Below are positions 10,104-20,036 of a DNA stretch of 64,000 bases, piece by piece; the stretch's first letter is position 1, and each line of letters starts with the position of its first letter. The notes under the pieces are model-generated. The model did not search any database. It worked only from the letters and a program-made list of their open reading frames with translations, and had not been told where the DNA came from. Source of the DNA: an uncultured delta proteobacterium (GTDB taxonomy: Bacteria > Desulfobacterota > Binatia > UBA9968); the NCBI GenBank assembly GCA_963745835.1, contig CAVUZH010000025.1, positions 32,001 through 96,000 of the forward strand, given 5' to 3'. The position numbers were made by a program, and so were the translations under genes.

Positions 10104-11096
10104 CTACTTCATCGACTCCGCGACTTTCTGTGCGAAGCTGAAGTCAAAGACACGCTCCGGTGGGACCGGATCTTTGGGTTTGACCCGTTGCGCCGCCGTG
10201 GCGATCATGTCGCGCTGCAATTTCTCGTCGACCACTCCCGACTGGAGATAGAACTGCAAAGCGGTGTCATAAACTCGATCGGCGTACTTGTCGCGTTCTT
10301 TTCCCAGGTCAAGAAACGGCCCTTTGATAAAGTCGACGGCGAATTTCTTATCATTGCGGATCAGGCGCAAGGCCTTCTGTGTTGCGCGGATGACTCTCGT
10401 GGCAACCTCCGGGCGTTCGCTTATGACCGTCTTTGTAGTGGTTAGACCTCCTTGAACGGCACGGTAAACATCGGCGCCCGAAGCGATCTTCCGATAGCCT
10501 TCTTCTTGGGCGATGAGATTCTGCGGCACTTGCAGCATGGTCGCGTCGATGGTGCCGGCCTTTAGGGCGACGTACGTGACATCGCTGGTGCCCAGTGAGA
10601 GCATGGTGACTTGGTCCAGCGGGATCTTGTTTACCAGCAGAATCTGCCGAGCAAGAATTTCTGTGAGCGAGCCGGGCGCGGAAATGCCGAGTTTCTTGCC
10701 GCGCATCTGCTGTACGTTAGTGATATTCGACTGCGCAATCATATCGAAGGAGGGCTTGTCTGTTAGAGCGAATACCACGCGCACATCGGCGCCGTTTACC
10801 GCGGCGCTGATGGCGGTGCCGGTTGCGGTGCCAAAATCGACGCCGCCGGCAAGCATCGCCTGCACCGTCTGGATCGCCTTCATGAAGATAAACTCCACGT
10901 CCAAACCCTCCTCGCGGAAAAAACCTCGATCGCGGGCGATCACGTAGGGCATATCCAAAATGCTGCGCGACACGTAAGCGATGCGAACGGGCGCGAGTTT
11001 GCTGGTTTTCTCAGCGCACCATACGAGCTCGGTTGGACCAAGGAGAAGTATCGATAGAAGAAGAAGCCGGAGAGCCGTTGGGATTATCGTGATCAT
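10104..11096 (-). CDS. ABC-type substrate-binding protein (NMT1/SsuA-like)
   Basis: Signal peptide, GFFREEGLDVE, RGKKLGIS, ALKAGTIDA; GGAGG RBS upstream of the ATG at 11096. Confidence 0.88.
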   Translation of the reverse strand: MITIIPTALRLLLLSILLLGPTELVWCAEKTSKLAPVRIAYVSRSILDMPYVIARDRGFFREEGLDVEFIFMKAIQTVQAMLAGGVDFGTATGTAISAAVNGADVRVVFALTDKPSFDMIAQSNITNVQQMRGKKLGISAPGSLTEILARQILLVNKIPLDQVTMLSLGTSDVTYVALKAGTIDATMLQVPQNLIAQEEGYRKIASGADVYRAVQGGLTTTKTVISERPEVATRVIRATQKALRLIRNDKKFAVDFIKGPFLDLGKERDKYADRVYDTALQFYLQSGVVDEKLQRDMIATAAQRVKPKDPVPPERVFDFSFAQKVAESMK

Positions 11097-11188
11097 GAAA
11101 ACCACCTCCAAGCTCTTTCGATGTCATTGACCCTTCAGCTAGTGTCCTCGAACCCGAGCCCCGTTTAAAAGTCATTGGATTTTCGAAA

Positions 11189-11315
11189 TGCAGCTGCTCA
11201 AAAAGACCTCAGGGGCAAGGCGCGCGAAGTTCGACGAGCTGAGGCGTACGCTTCAGTACGTTGAAATGAGTCGGGCAAGCGCAACGAAGCATATGGGTCT
11301 TTTCAGCAGCCTGCT
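11189..11315. repeat. ~125-bp palindromic REP/MITE-like element
   Basis: Imperfect terminal inverted repeats (gcagctgctcaaaaagacc ... ggtcttttcagcagcctgc) and an internal hairpin (tgaggcgtacgcttca). Confidence 0.65.
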
Positions 11316-11323
11316 CGCATGTC

Positions 11324-12001
11324 TCATGCATACGCGTCATAGATGCCTTCGAATTTTGCCAGTTTGAAACGGACCATGTTACGCGCCGCGGCGCGGACCA
11401 TCTCTTTTTCCCGATCGGTGTTGGCGTTGCGCGCGATGCTTTCGGAGGCCATGGCGGTGTGCTCTTGATCGACTTTGCTATGCACGATGAAGAATGTTCG
11501 GGCGCGGCTATCGAATCCGTAGTGCTTCTCCAAGTAGGTATCGAATTCTCCGGAATAGCGGCAAACCATGGTTTCATTCACGAGCGCGCCGGCGCGGCTT
11601 TCGGCCTGGGTTCCTAAAAACATGCCGCGAATCACCGCGGCGGTGTGAGCCACGCATTCGAAGATCAACAGCTCTCTGTCAAAATCTTCATCAGTCAAGC
11701 CAATGGCCAAACCGAAACGCTTCATCAAGCCCGGATGCGACTGCTCTTCGGTAAACAGCTCCTGAAACTGGTTGTAGAGCGGCGGGTTATTGGCGTTTCT
11801 CACCATGCAGAACGCCAGGCCCTTATTGATCGCGTGATTGCAATGATAGTGCTGTAGCGCGAAGCCTTTGAGCCGCTTCTGCGATAATTTGCCTTGCCTT
11901 AACTCGGTAAAAAAACGGTTATTGATTAATTGATCGACCCCTGGTTGAACGATTTCTTGAATAATGGAATCGACAAACTTTTGGTTTTCCATAATCACCA
12001 T
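11324..12001 (-). CDS. Heme-oxygenase-like diiron protein (TenA/PqqC/CADD-like)
   Basis: FALQHYH helix, EEQSH, NE and HSKVDQEH metal-ligand pattern. Confidence 0.8.
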   Translation of the reverse strand: MVIMENQKFVDSIIQEIVQPGVDQLINNRFFTELRQGKLSQKRLKGFALQHYHCNHAINKGLAFCMVRNANNPPLYNQFQELFTEEQSHPGLMKRFGLAIGLTDEDFDRELLIFECVAHTAAVIRGMFLGTQAESRAGALVNETMVCRYSGEFDTYLEKHYGFDSRARTFFIVHSKVDQEHTAMASESIARNANTDREKEMVRAAARNMVRFKLAKFEGIYDAYA

Positions 12002-12094
12002 CCTGAAGGAAGAAAATCATCGGCAGCCGAACACTCTCAAAGCAATCATAAAGTGTCAAGCGGCTCAACGGGTGCGGCTGCGAGGGACTTTCGG

Positions 12095-12811
12095 TCAAAT
12101 TCCTAGATGCTGCTGCAGCAGTTCCGGCTGATTGCGTAATTCATTGCCGGTGCCTTCAAAAACAACGCGGCCTTTGACCAGGATAATGTTCCGATCGGTG
12201 AGAGCCGAAACGGCGCCGAAGTTTTTGTCAACGATGATGGCAGCGATACCACTTTCGCGAACAGTGCGGATGATGCGCCAAATTTCCTGGGCAATCAGAG
12301 GCGCGAGGCCCTCAGTGGCCTCATCGAGCACCAGCAATGTTGGATTGGTCATCAGGGCGCGGCCAATGCAAAGCATTTGTTGCTCGCCGCCGGAAAGCTG
12401 TTGTCCACCATGTGATACACGCTCGGCTAGCCGGGGAAAAGTTTGCAGCACCCGCTCGTAGGTCCAGTGACACTGCCCATTCGGTCCGGGGCGCGCCATC
12501 ATGATCAGATTTTCGCGAACAGAGAGATTCGGGAAAATGCCGCGTCCCTCGGGAACGTAAGCGATGCCTTGGCGCGCGATCAGGTAGGGCGCAGCCTGAG
12601 TCATGACACGGCCGTTGATCTTAATCGCGCCATGGCGTGGCGCGACCTGACCAACCAGGGTGCGAATCAGTGTGGTCTTGCCCATGCCATTGCGTCCCAT
12701 GAGCCCAATGGCTTCGCCGCGGCGCACTATCAAGTTAATGCCGTGAAGAATATGGCTGGCGCCATAATACGTGTGCAGGCCTTCGGCCTCGATGATCGGG
12801 CGAGCCGTCAT
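12095..12811 (-). CDS. LivF-like ABC ATP-binding protein
   Basis: Walker A GRNGMGKT, LSGGEQQM, LVLDEATEGLAP. Confidence 0.93.
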   Translation of the reverse strand: MTARPIIEAEGLHTYYGASHILHGINLIVRRGEAIGLMGRNGMGKTTLIRTLVGQVAPRHGAIKINGRVMTQAAPYLIARQGIAYVPEGRGIFPNLSVRENLIMMARPGPNGQCHWTYERVLQTFPRLAERVSHGGQQLSGGEQQMLCIGRALMTNPTLLVLDEATEGLAPLIAQEIWRIIRTVRESGIAAIIVDKNFGAVSALTDRNIILVKGRVVFEGTGNELRNQPELLQQHLGI

Positions 12812-13566
12812 GGGTGTTCGTCGACCTTACCCAAGTACGCGCGTTGGACTTGCTCATCTGCCCGAACCTCATCCGGCTTGCCGGAAGCGAGAACCCTGCC
12901 GTCGACCATAACCGTGAGCACCCGAGCCAGTTGGAAGATCGCATCCATGTCGTGTTCCACCAAAAGAATAGCGTGCGTCTGCGCCATGCGACGGATCAGC
13001 TCGACCATCCTCGAAGACTCTTCGATACCGAGACCCGCCAACGGTTCGTCCAGCAGCAATAGTTTGGGCTGGGTGGCCAGCGACATGGCGATTTCGAGCT
13101 GGCGCTGCTCGCCATGACTGAGAGTGAAAGCTATGGTCTCAGCGCGATTTGCCAGGCCGACATCTGCAAGCGCGGATCGGGCGGTGTCTACGATCACATC
13201 GTTGGAGCTTGCCTCGCGCAGCCAGTTCAATGGCCGTGGATCGCGCGATTGCGCTGCCAAGCGGCAGTTCTCCAACGCGCTGAATGCGGCAAAAATGTTT
13301 ACCTTCTGATAGCTTCTGCCGATCCCTAAACGCGAGCGGCGCTCCGGTGAGAGATGCGCGACTTCGTCGCCGCCGAAGCGAATGCTGCCGGCGCTGGGCG
13401 ATAGATCGCCCGACAGCATGTTAATCAGCGTGGTTTTACCGGCGCCATTAGGTCCGATGACCGCATGCAGTTCGCCGACGTTGACGTCCAGTGAAACCTC
13501 GGCGACCGCTGCAAGGCCGCCGAATGTTTTGGCTAATCGGCGCACCTTCAGAATCGGCTCAATCAT
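12808..13566 (-). CDS. LivG-like ABC ATP-binding protein
   Basis: GPNGAGKT, LSHGEQRQ, LLLDEP, EHDMD; the ATG at 13566 overlaps the upstream permease end. Confidence 0.93.
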   Translation of the reverse strand: MIEPILKVRRLAKTFGGLAAVAEVSLDVNVGELHAVIGPNGAGKTTLINMLSGDLSPSAGSIRFGGDEVAHLSPERRSRLGIGRSYQKVNIFAAFSALENCRLAAQSRDPRPLNWLREASSNDVIVDTARSALADVGLANRAETIAFTLSHGEQRQLEIAMSLATQPKLLLLDEPLAGLGIEESSRMVELIRRMAQTHAILLVEHDMDAIFQLARVLTVMVDGRVLASGKPDEVRADEQVQRAYLGKVDEHP

Positions 13567-14566
13567 CGAGGGCCTCTTCCACCCGCGCCGGCTTAGTTGA
13601 GCGGATGCGCAACGACAGATCGAGAATTCCGGCCAACCCATGCGGGAAAGCCAGAACGATTAACACGATCAAGCTTCCCATCGCCAGCTGCCAGTGTTTG
13701 GCGTACGAACCAAGCAGCAACGGCGTCGACAGAATTTCTTGCAGCAAGGTATAAGCCAACGCGCCGAGCACCGCGCCATGGAGTTTGCCCATGCCGCCCA
13801 GGATCACCATCATCAATACGCCGGCCGAATGATGCCAGGCGAGAATCTCGGGATTGACGAAACCGAACTGGCATGCTGCGAGATAGCCGGCGATTCCCGC
13901 AATCGCGCCGCCGAGCACGAAAGCGCCGAGCTTGTAGCTCGATACCGGATAGCCGATAGAGCGCATTCGGTGCTCGTTGGCTTTGATGCCCGCCAGGGCG
14001 CGCCCGAACGGCGCATGAAGCACTCTACTCAATAAAGCATAAACACCCACCATCATCAGAAGCACGAAGTAGTAAAATTGCACCGGGCTTTCCAGATTGA
14101 AAGGTCGGATGCCGGCTACTGCCAGTTCCGGCCGCACGTATATGTAAATCCCGTCAGAGCCGCCGCCCAGATTGGTGTCGTGAAAAATAGAATAAAGCAT
14201 CTGCGCGAAGGCAAGCGTCACCATGATGAAATAGACGCCGGTGGTTCGCACGACAAGAAAACCAATCACCAGCGCCGCCAGAGCGGTGATTACAACCGCC
14301 ACAGGCAAGGTCAACCAGAGATTGGCTGCTTGATATTGGGGTGAAATCAACGCCAGCACATACGCCGCCAAGCCAAAATAAGCAGCGTGTCCCAGACTCA
14401 CCAGACCAGTGTGACCGACGAGAAAATCCAGGCTCAAGGCAAAGATCGCCATGATCATGATCTTAGCGCCGAGCTGAACGTAAAATGTCGAACCGACTAG
14501 CGGAACAATGGCGATCACCGCGACGGCGATGAGCAAGACCGATCGTGGCAGAGTGATAGGGCTCAC
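13559..14566 (-). CDS. LivM-like ABC permease
   Basis: GLVSLGHAAYFG, GVYFIMVTLAFAQM, GGSDG, PFGRAL. Confidence 0.92.
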   Translation of the reverse strand: MSPITLPRSVLLIAVAVIAIVPLVGSTFYVQLGAKIMIMAIFALSLDFLVGHTGLVSLGHAAYFGLAAYVLALISPQYQAANLWLTLPVAVVITALAALVIGFLVVRTTGVYFIMVTLAFAQMLYSIFHDTNLGGGSDGIYIYVRPELAVAGIRPFNLESPVQFYYFVLLMMVGVYALLSRVLHAPFGRALAGIKANEHRMRSIGYPVSSYKLGAFVLGGAIAGIAGYLAACQFGFVNPEILAWHHSAGVLMMVILGGMGKLHGAVLGALAYTLLQEILSTPLLLGSYAKHWQLAMGSLIVLIVLAFPHGLAGILDLSLRIRSTKPARVEEALDD

Positions 14567-14571
14567 GACCG

Positions 14572-15429
14572 TTAAGCTCTACCGGCGATTCCTTGGGGCC
14601 GCCATAACAGAATCGCCGCCATCAGCAAATAAACTGCAAATGCGGAATATTCCGGCGCCATTACTTTGCCGAGGGTGTCAGCTAGCCCGATGGCCAAAGC
14701 GGCGATCATCGCGCCGTTGATCGAACCGATGCCGCCGATGACCACGACCACGAAGCAGATGATCACGATGTGATTGCCCATGCCGGGAGACACCGAGGCA
14801 ATCGGCGCCGAGATCGTTCCGGCAAAACCGGCGAGCGCGACGCCAAATGCGAAGACGAACGCAAACAGCAGCGGAATGTTGACCCCGAGCGAAGCGGCCA
14901 TTTCGCGATTGCTGGTGGCGGCCCGAATCATCATGCCGATGCGGGTCTTATGGATGACGAAGTACATGCTCAGAGCAATGGTGATGCAAACGGCGGTGAC
15001 GAACAAGCGGTAAACCGGATAGGAGAGCGTCTCCGTGAGTGGAATCGAAAAATCGAGCAGCGGCGGTACCGGAACCCCATGCACGTCGTCGCCGAACAGA
15101 ATGCTGCGCAGTTCTTCGAACACCAGGATCAAGCCGAACGTGAGCAATACCTGATAGAGGTGGTCCCGCTTGTACAGCCGGCTGAAGATGGTTGTCTCAA
15201 GCACCAGACCAATTGAGAAGGCGATGACAATACTGAGCGGAATTGCCAACCAGAGACTGCCCGTCGTCCTTACCAGCCAATAAGCCAGATAGGCACCGAT
15301 CATGTAAAAGCTGCCGTGGGCTAGATTGATGACACCCATAATCCCAAAGATCAGGGTCAGACCGCTCGCCAGTAAAAACAATAGCAGACCGTACTGGATG
15401 CCGTTTAGAAGTTGGATGAGATAGAACAT
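14572..15429 (-). CDS. LivH-like ABC permease
   Basis: GLTLIFGIMGVINLAHGSFYM, VVIGGIGS, RPQG; start set to MFYLIQ because the upstream in-frame stretch is the repeat. Confidence 0.9.
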   Translation of the reverse strand: MFYLIQLLNGIQYGLLLFLLASGLTLIFGIMGVINLAHGSFYMIGAYLAYWLVRTTGSLWLAIPLSIVIAFSIGLVLETTIFSRLYKRDHLYQVLLTFGLILVFEELRSILFGDDVHGVPVPPLLDFSIPLTETLSYPVYRLFVTAVCITIALSMYFVIHKTRIGMMIRAATSNREMAASLGVNIPLLFAFVFAFGVALAGFAGTISAPIASVSPGMGNHIVIICFVVVVIGGIGSINGAMIAALAIGLADTLGKVMAPEYSAFAVYLLMAAILLWRPQGIAGRA

Positions 15430-15441
15430 GACTAAATGATA

Positions 15442-15594
15442 GGTTCCAGTCGTTCCAACAGTTCCAATCGTTCCATGTGTTAGGAAGCAGTCGAGTTCGG
15501 TCAACTTGCAAAGAAAATCGAGCTAGTTGAAAGACACAATTCGGTATTTGCTCTAACCATTGGAACGGCTGGAACGATTGGAACATTTGGAACC
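15442..15594. repeat. Inverted pair of 9-nt-period GTTCCA arrays (hairpin inside the operon)
   Basis: Four GTTCCA units at 15442-15475 face four TGGAAC units at 15561-15594. Confidence 0.75.
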
Positions 15595-15620
15595 GCGCCA
15601 GAGTCCGAACTGTGGCGTTC

Positions 15621-16811
15621 TTACATCTTGCATCCCCGCGCCGGATCGGCGAGCGCTTTGTGCGCGATGCTGACCATTTTGTTTTCGCGCCCGACTACTC
15701 TGCGCAAGTAAATGTCTTGAATAGGATTGTGTGCTTTGGACATCGTCCAGGGACCGCGCGGGCTGTCGATCTTGGCTTTTTCCATAGCCGCGATCACTTC
15801 TTTCTTTTTGGTGACGTCGCCCTTCACTGCATCCAGTCCGATGTTGAGGAGAAGACCGGCGTCATAGCCTTGTACCGCGTAGACGTCTGGCTCATTATTA
15901 TATGCTTTGTTATATGCCGCGCGGAACTCGCGATCGCGCTTGGTGTTCAGGCCATCGGCATAGTGGAGCGTGGTTTCCAGGCCTTCGGCGGCTTTATCCA
16001 CGGCATCGAGCACGCCGTCGGTCAGAAAGCCCGAACCGAAGAGCGGGATCTGCCTGCGCAGCCCGGCCGCATTATAATCTTTGATGAACTTTGCCGCGCC
16101 GGCTCCGGCAAAAAATACGAACACCGCGTCCGGTTTGATCGAAGCCATTTCGGTGAGCAATGCTTGAAATTCCACATTGGGAAACGGAATCCAAAGTCCA
16201 CGAACCGATTTGCCGCCGGCTTTGATGAAGCCTTCATTAAATCCGGCCACGGCTTCCTGTCCAGCTCCGTATTTCCAAGCCAAAGTCAAAATATTGTTCA
16301 TGCCGCGGTCGGCAAGCACTTTGCCCATCGGATACGACGGCTGCCAATTGGAAAACGAAGTGCGAAAGATATTCGGCGCGCACAGCGCTCCGGTGGCGGC
16401 ATCGAGACCGGCATTGGGAATGATCATCAAGGTATTGCTTTCTTTCGCAACTTTGACCATGCCCATCTGCACGCCGCTATGAACCGTGCCGACCAGCACG
16501 TCCACCTTGTCGCGCTGCACCAGCCTATTGGCGTTCTCCGGCGCTTTAGCCGGTTCGGATTCATCATCAACGGAAAAATATTCCAGTTCGCGGCCGGCGA
16601 GTTTACCGCCGCGCTCCGCCACCGCGAGTTTGAAGCCGTTGGTTATGGCGGTGCCTAATTGGGCGTAAGTGCCGGTGTAAGGCAGCATGAGGCCAACACG
16701 TAGCTTTGAGGTCTGTGCGAGTGTCGGCGGATTCGGCAGCAATGCGCTTGCCGTGAGCAGGCCAGCCCTGACAAGAAATTGCCGGCGGCTCGAGTTTGGA
16801 TCGATGTTCAT
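15621..16811 (-). CDS. Liv-type periplasmic binding protein (aromatic acid-binding, Tat signal)
   Basis: SRRQFL twin-arginine motif, GLMLPYTG, VDDES, GTVHSGV; directly downstream of benzoate-CoA ligase. Confidence 0.88.
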   Translation of the reverse strand: MNIDPNSSRRQFLVRAGLLTASALLPNPPTLAQTSKLRVGLMLPYTGTYAQLGTAITNGFKLAVAERGGKLAGRELEYFSVDDESEPAKAPENANRLVQRDKVDVLVGTVHSGVQMGMVKVAKESNTLMIIPNAGLDAATGALCAPNIFRTSFSNWQPSYPMGKVLADRGMNNILTLAWKYGAGQEAVAGFNEGFIKAGGKSVRGLWIPFPNVEFQALLTEMASIKPDAVFVFFAGAGAAKFIKDYNAAGLRRQIPLFGSGFLTDGVLDAVDKAAEGLETTLHYADGLNTKRDREFRAAYNKAYNNEPDVYAVQGYDAGLLLNIGLDAVKGDVTKKKEVIAAMEKAKIDSPRGPWTMSKAHNPIQDIYLRRVVGRENKMVSIAHKALADPARGCKM

Positions 16812-16839
16812 GATTGCCTCCGTGGAGTCCTAAAAAAGT

Positions 16840-18426
16840 TCAGCGCGGGTCATGCCCTAGTGGTTCTCGCAGTTTGAACCGTTGGATTTTGCCGGTAGCG
16901 GTTTTTGGCAGCTCGGGCACGAACTCGATCCAGCGGGGATAATTATGCGGCGCCAGATGCGTTTTTACGTGTTGCTGTAGTTCGGCAGTGAGTTCGGCTG
17001 TTTCCGTTACACCAGGGCGTAGAACAACGAATGCCTTGGGTTTGATCAGCCCGTTACCGTCCTCCTGGCCAACCACAGCGGCTTCCAGCACGGCTTCGTG
17101 CGAGACCAGCACTGCTTCCACCTCGAAAGGGGAGACCCAAATGCCGCTGACCTTGAGCATGTCGTCAGCACGACCACAATAGGTAAAAAAACCGTCTTCG
17201 CTCTCGATGTATTTATCGCCGCTCCTGGTCCAGGCGCCGAGAAATGTGTTGCGGCTCTTCTCGCGATTGTTCCAGTAGTACGCGGCGCTGCTGGGACCGC
17301 TGACCTGCAATTCGCCGAGCTCACCTTTGGCCACCTTGTTGCCGTCCTCATCGAGCAGCCGCACCTCATAACCCGAAACCGGTTTACCGGAAGTCCCGTA
17401 GCGCACGTCGCCCGGTCTGTTGGATAAAAAGATATGGAGCATTTCGGTGGAACCAAGGCCATCGAGAATGTCTACTCCGGTATGTTCGAGCCACTTCCGG
17501 CCGACGTTTGGCGGCAAGGCTTCGCCGGCCGACGTGCAACGTCGCAGGTTAAGCTCCGCGCGGTTGGGCAGTTCCGAACTCGCCAGAAGCGCGCCATAAA
17601 GAGTCGGCACGCCATAAAAGATTGTTGGCCGGTGCTGGCGCAGAATCCGGCAAACCGCAGCAGGTGTCGGCCGTTCCCCTAGCAAAACCGTGGTCGCGCC
17701 CACTGAAAGCGGAAAACTCAGCCCATTGCCTAGACCGTAAGCGAAAAACAATTTCGCCGCCGAGAATACAACATCGCTCTCCTCTATTCCCAAGATTGGT
17801 TTGGCGTAGAGCTCTGTGGTTGCAACCATACTGGTCTGAACGTGGACCGTGCCTTTCGGCGTACCTGTGGAGCCAGAAGAGTAAAGCCAAAAGCAAGCAT
17901 CGTCGGGCCGGGTCGGCGCGACGGTAAACTCGTTCTTCGCGCCTGCCATCAACTCTGCAAGCCGCGGCTCGCCGGAAGGGCTCGGGCCGGAGACCACAAC
18001 ATGGCTCAGGAACGGCTGTCCGGCCAGTATCGGTTTGAATACCGGTAGTAATGCGTCCGATACCACCAGAATGCGAGCGCGGCTGTCGCGCAGCATGAAA
18101 TCGTAATCGCCGCTGGTTAACAGCGTGTTCATCGCGACTGGAACGAGACCCGCCTTGATGGCACCAAGAAACACGCTTGGGAAATCCATCGTATCGCTCA
18201 GGCAGACCATGACACGCGACTCCAACGTCGCTCCCAGCTCACAAAGGGCATGGGCACAGCGATTTACACGCTCTGCGAGCTCGCTAAAGGTGTAACGGCC
18301 GTTGTCGTCGATGTAGGCGATTTTTTCAGGGCGCAGAGCGAGGTTGCGTTCAATCAAGTCGGCTGCGGCATTGTAGTAATGCATGTGATGACGAGCCGAT
18401 CCCGATCCATGTGAATTCTCAGCCAT
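16840..18426 (-). CDS. Benzoate-CoA ligase family protein
   Basis: WLYSSGSTGTPKG, SAAKLFFAYGLGN, DGLGSTEMLHIF, PKTATGKIQR. Confidence 0.92.
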   Translation of the reverse strand: MAENSHGSGSARHHMHYYNAAADLIERNLALRPEKIAYIDDNGRYTFSELAERVNRCAHALCELGATLESRVMVCLSDTMDFPSVFLGAIKAGLVPVAMNTLLTSGDYDFMLRDSRARILVVSDALLPVFKPILAGQPFLSHVVVSGPSPSGEPRLAELMAGAKNEFTVAPTRPDDACFWLYSSGSTGTPKGTVHVQTSMVATTELYAKPILGIEESDVVFSAAKLFFAYGLGNGLSFPLSVGATTVLLGERPTPAAVCRILRQHRPTIFYGVPTLYGALLASSELPNRAELNLRRCTSAGEALPPNVGRKWLEHTGVDILDGLGSTEMLHIFLSNRPGDVRYGTSGKPVSGYEVRLLDEDGNKVAKGELGELQVSGPSSAAYYWNNREKSRNTFLGAWTRSGDKYIESEDGFFTYCGRADDMLKVSGIWVSPFEVEAVLVSHEAVLEAAVVGQEDGNGLIKPKAFVVLRPGVTETAELTAELQQHVKTHLAPHNYPRWIEFVPELPKTATGKIQRFKLREPLGHDPR

Positions 18427-18681
18427 CGTCAGTTCCTCGCAATCGAGATTGTTCGGCTAACGCGCATAGCTTGCCAGCCATGGCTAGCATCATTTTTTAC
18501 TATGGAACGGCGGCAACCATCAAGACGGCTGTTGCCAGGTTGAAAATTTCGCCGAATGTGGGCTTGCGACGTCGCGCAATGATGAACAAAGATGCGCGAT
18601 GACCTGCTCCGATAGCATGCTAATCAAACGCGCATAATCTTTGGATCGCGCACTTCGTTCGTGGGCGCGATTAATGGTTCT

Positions 18682-19389
18682 CTACCCGATCAAATGCCGG
18701 CAAAAAAATTCCATGGCTTTGGGCCATGCCAAAGCCGCTGCATGGGGCCGGTAGTTGGCGGAACCGGCGTTGGCAAAGGCGTGAGCGGCGCCGGCGTAGG
18801 TGTGAAACTCGTGCGGCTTATTCCAGCGTGTGAGTTCGGCATCGAGCTTGCGCATGTCGTCGGGTGATGGGTTCTGATCATCCGCGCCGAAGTGTCCTTG
18901 AATCGGACAGCTGATCTCGCGGGTGCGATCAAATGGCGAGGGACCCTCGCCCAACGGCGTCATCGTGCTGCTGCCGTAAAACATCACAGCGGCTTTGAGC
19001 TCGCGAGTCGCCGCCGACATCAGATAAACGATTCGTCCGCCCATGCAAAAACCGACGATGCCTAAGCGCGCGCCGTCGACCTGGCGGTGGTTCTTCAAAA
19101 ACTGCAGCGCGCCGGTAATATCCGCGATGATATTGGGATCGCGCACTCTCGATTTTTTGGTCATGTTATCGTCTTTGCAATCCGGACCGTCGCGATGGTA
19201 CAGGTCCGGCGCAATCGCGGCATAACCCTGCAGCGCCAGCATGTGCGTCGTTTCTTTGATGAAATTTTCCAATCCCGACTGTCCGTGGACGACGACGATG
19301 CCGGGCACCGGGCCGCCCCGTTCCGGTACGCTAAGATAGAGCGGCATTGTGCTGTTCTCGACGGTAGTACTTTCCCATGAGCTGGTCAT
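18682..19389 (-). CDS. Dienelactone hydrolase family protein
   Basis: GFCMGG nucleophile motif, APDLY, GAAHAF. Confidence 0.9.
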   Translation of the reverse strand: MTSSWESTTVENSTMPLYLSVPERGGPVPGIVVVHGQSGLENFIKETTHMLALQGYAAIAPDLYHRDGPDCKDDNMTKKSRVRDPNIIADITGALQFLKNHRQVDGARLGIVGFCMGGRIVYLMSAATRELKAAVMFYGSSTMTPLGEGPSPFDRTREISCPIQGHFGADDQNPSPDDMRKLDAELTRWNKPHEFHTYAGAAHAFANAGSANYRPHAAALAWPKAMEFFCRHLIG

Positions 19390-19474
19390 GGCTCACCTCC
19401 GCTGTTCGTTGGTTATCAAAGGACCGAACGTCGCGATTATCTGGTTGTTGATTGTCGTCGGGTAAGCGCTTTCC

Positions 19475-19503
19475 TCAATAGTGCAGCACTCCATACCTGT
19501 CAA
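19475..19503 (-). promoter_or_regulatory. Putative sigma70 promoter
   Basis: TTGACA-17-TATTGA upstream of the dienelactone hydrolase. Confidence 0.4.
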
Positions 19504-19577
19504 GCCAGATTGTCAATCCTTGCGGAGTGCTGCGCCTGTAAGTTAGAATCGAATACTTTCTAAGAGGGAGATTAATA

Positions 19578-19970
19578 ATGGACTTTGTCAACCTGGGCGA
19601 AAAACAATCCGAAGCGCGCGAAAACAAGAAGAGAAAGATCGACCTTTTCGGAACCGATAATTTCCGCTCCTGGATGCTCTACTTCGTTCCGGGTGACGGA
19701 ACGGACATGCATTATCATGCCAGCCCCGAGACTTTTCTCGTTCTCGAAGGATCGGGGACAGTCAAGGGCATTAAGGGCGACGAGCGACCAGTGAAGAAAC
19801 ACGACGTGCTGTTTCTTAGCGCAAAGGATTATTACCAGATTACGAACACTGGAACCGAGCCTCTGGTGCTGTTTGGCAATCGCTCTGAAGCGTTCGGCGG
19901 CGCGCACATCCTTGCCGACGGCAAGGATAGAAACCAAGCCGAAAGTCGAGCGACTAGTTCCGCGACCTAG
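19578..19970 (+). CDS. Cupin-domain protein
   Basis: MHYH...ETFLVLEGSG cupin motif; GAGGG RBS. Confidence 0.85.
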   Translation: MDFVNLGEKQSEARENKKRKIDLFGTDNFRSWMLYFVPGDGTDMHYHASPETFLVLEGSGTVKGIKGDERPVKKHDVLFLSAKDYYQITNTGTEPLVLFGNRSEAFGGAHILADGKDRNQAESRATSSAT

Positions 19971-19976
19971 GCGCAA

Positions 19977-20005
19977 TTGACAAACCCGGTGTCGGTGATT
20001 ACTTT
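19977..20005 (+). promoter_or_regulatory. Putative sigma70 promoter
   Basis: TTGACA-17-TACTTT upstream of the FmdB-like gene. Confidence 0.55.
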
Positions 20006-20036
20006 AGCTGTTAACCTATTTAACTGAGGAATTAGC

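Noticed and set aside
11209-11577. 122-aa ORF spanning the palindromic repeat
   Set aside because: It is an alternative frame of the diiron-enzyme gene running through the REP-like element.
15612-16658. Long antisense ORFs (also 9048..9944, 52388..53170, 45709..46206)
   Set aside because: These are shadow frames opposite well-supported genes in GC-rich DNA.
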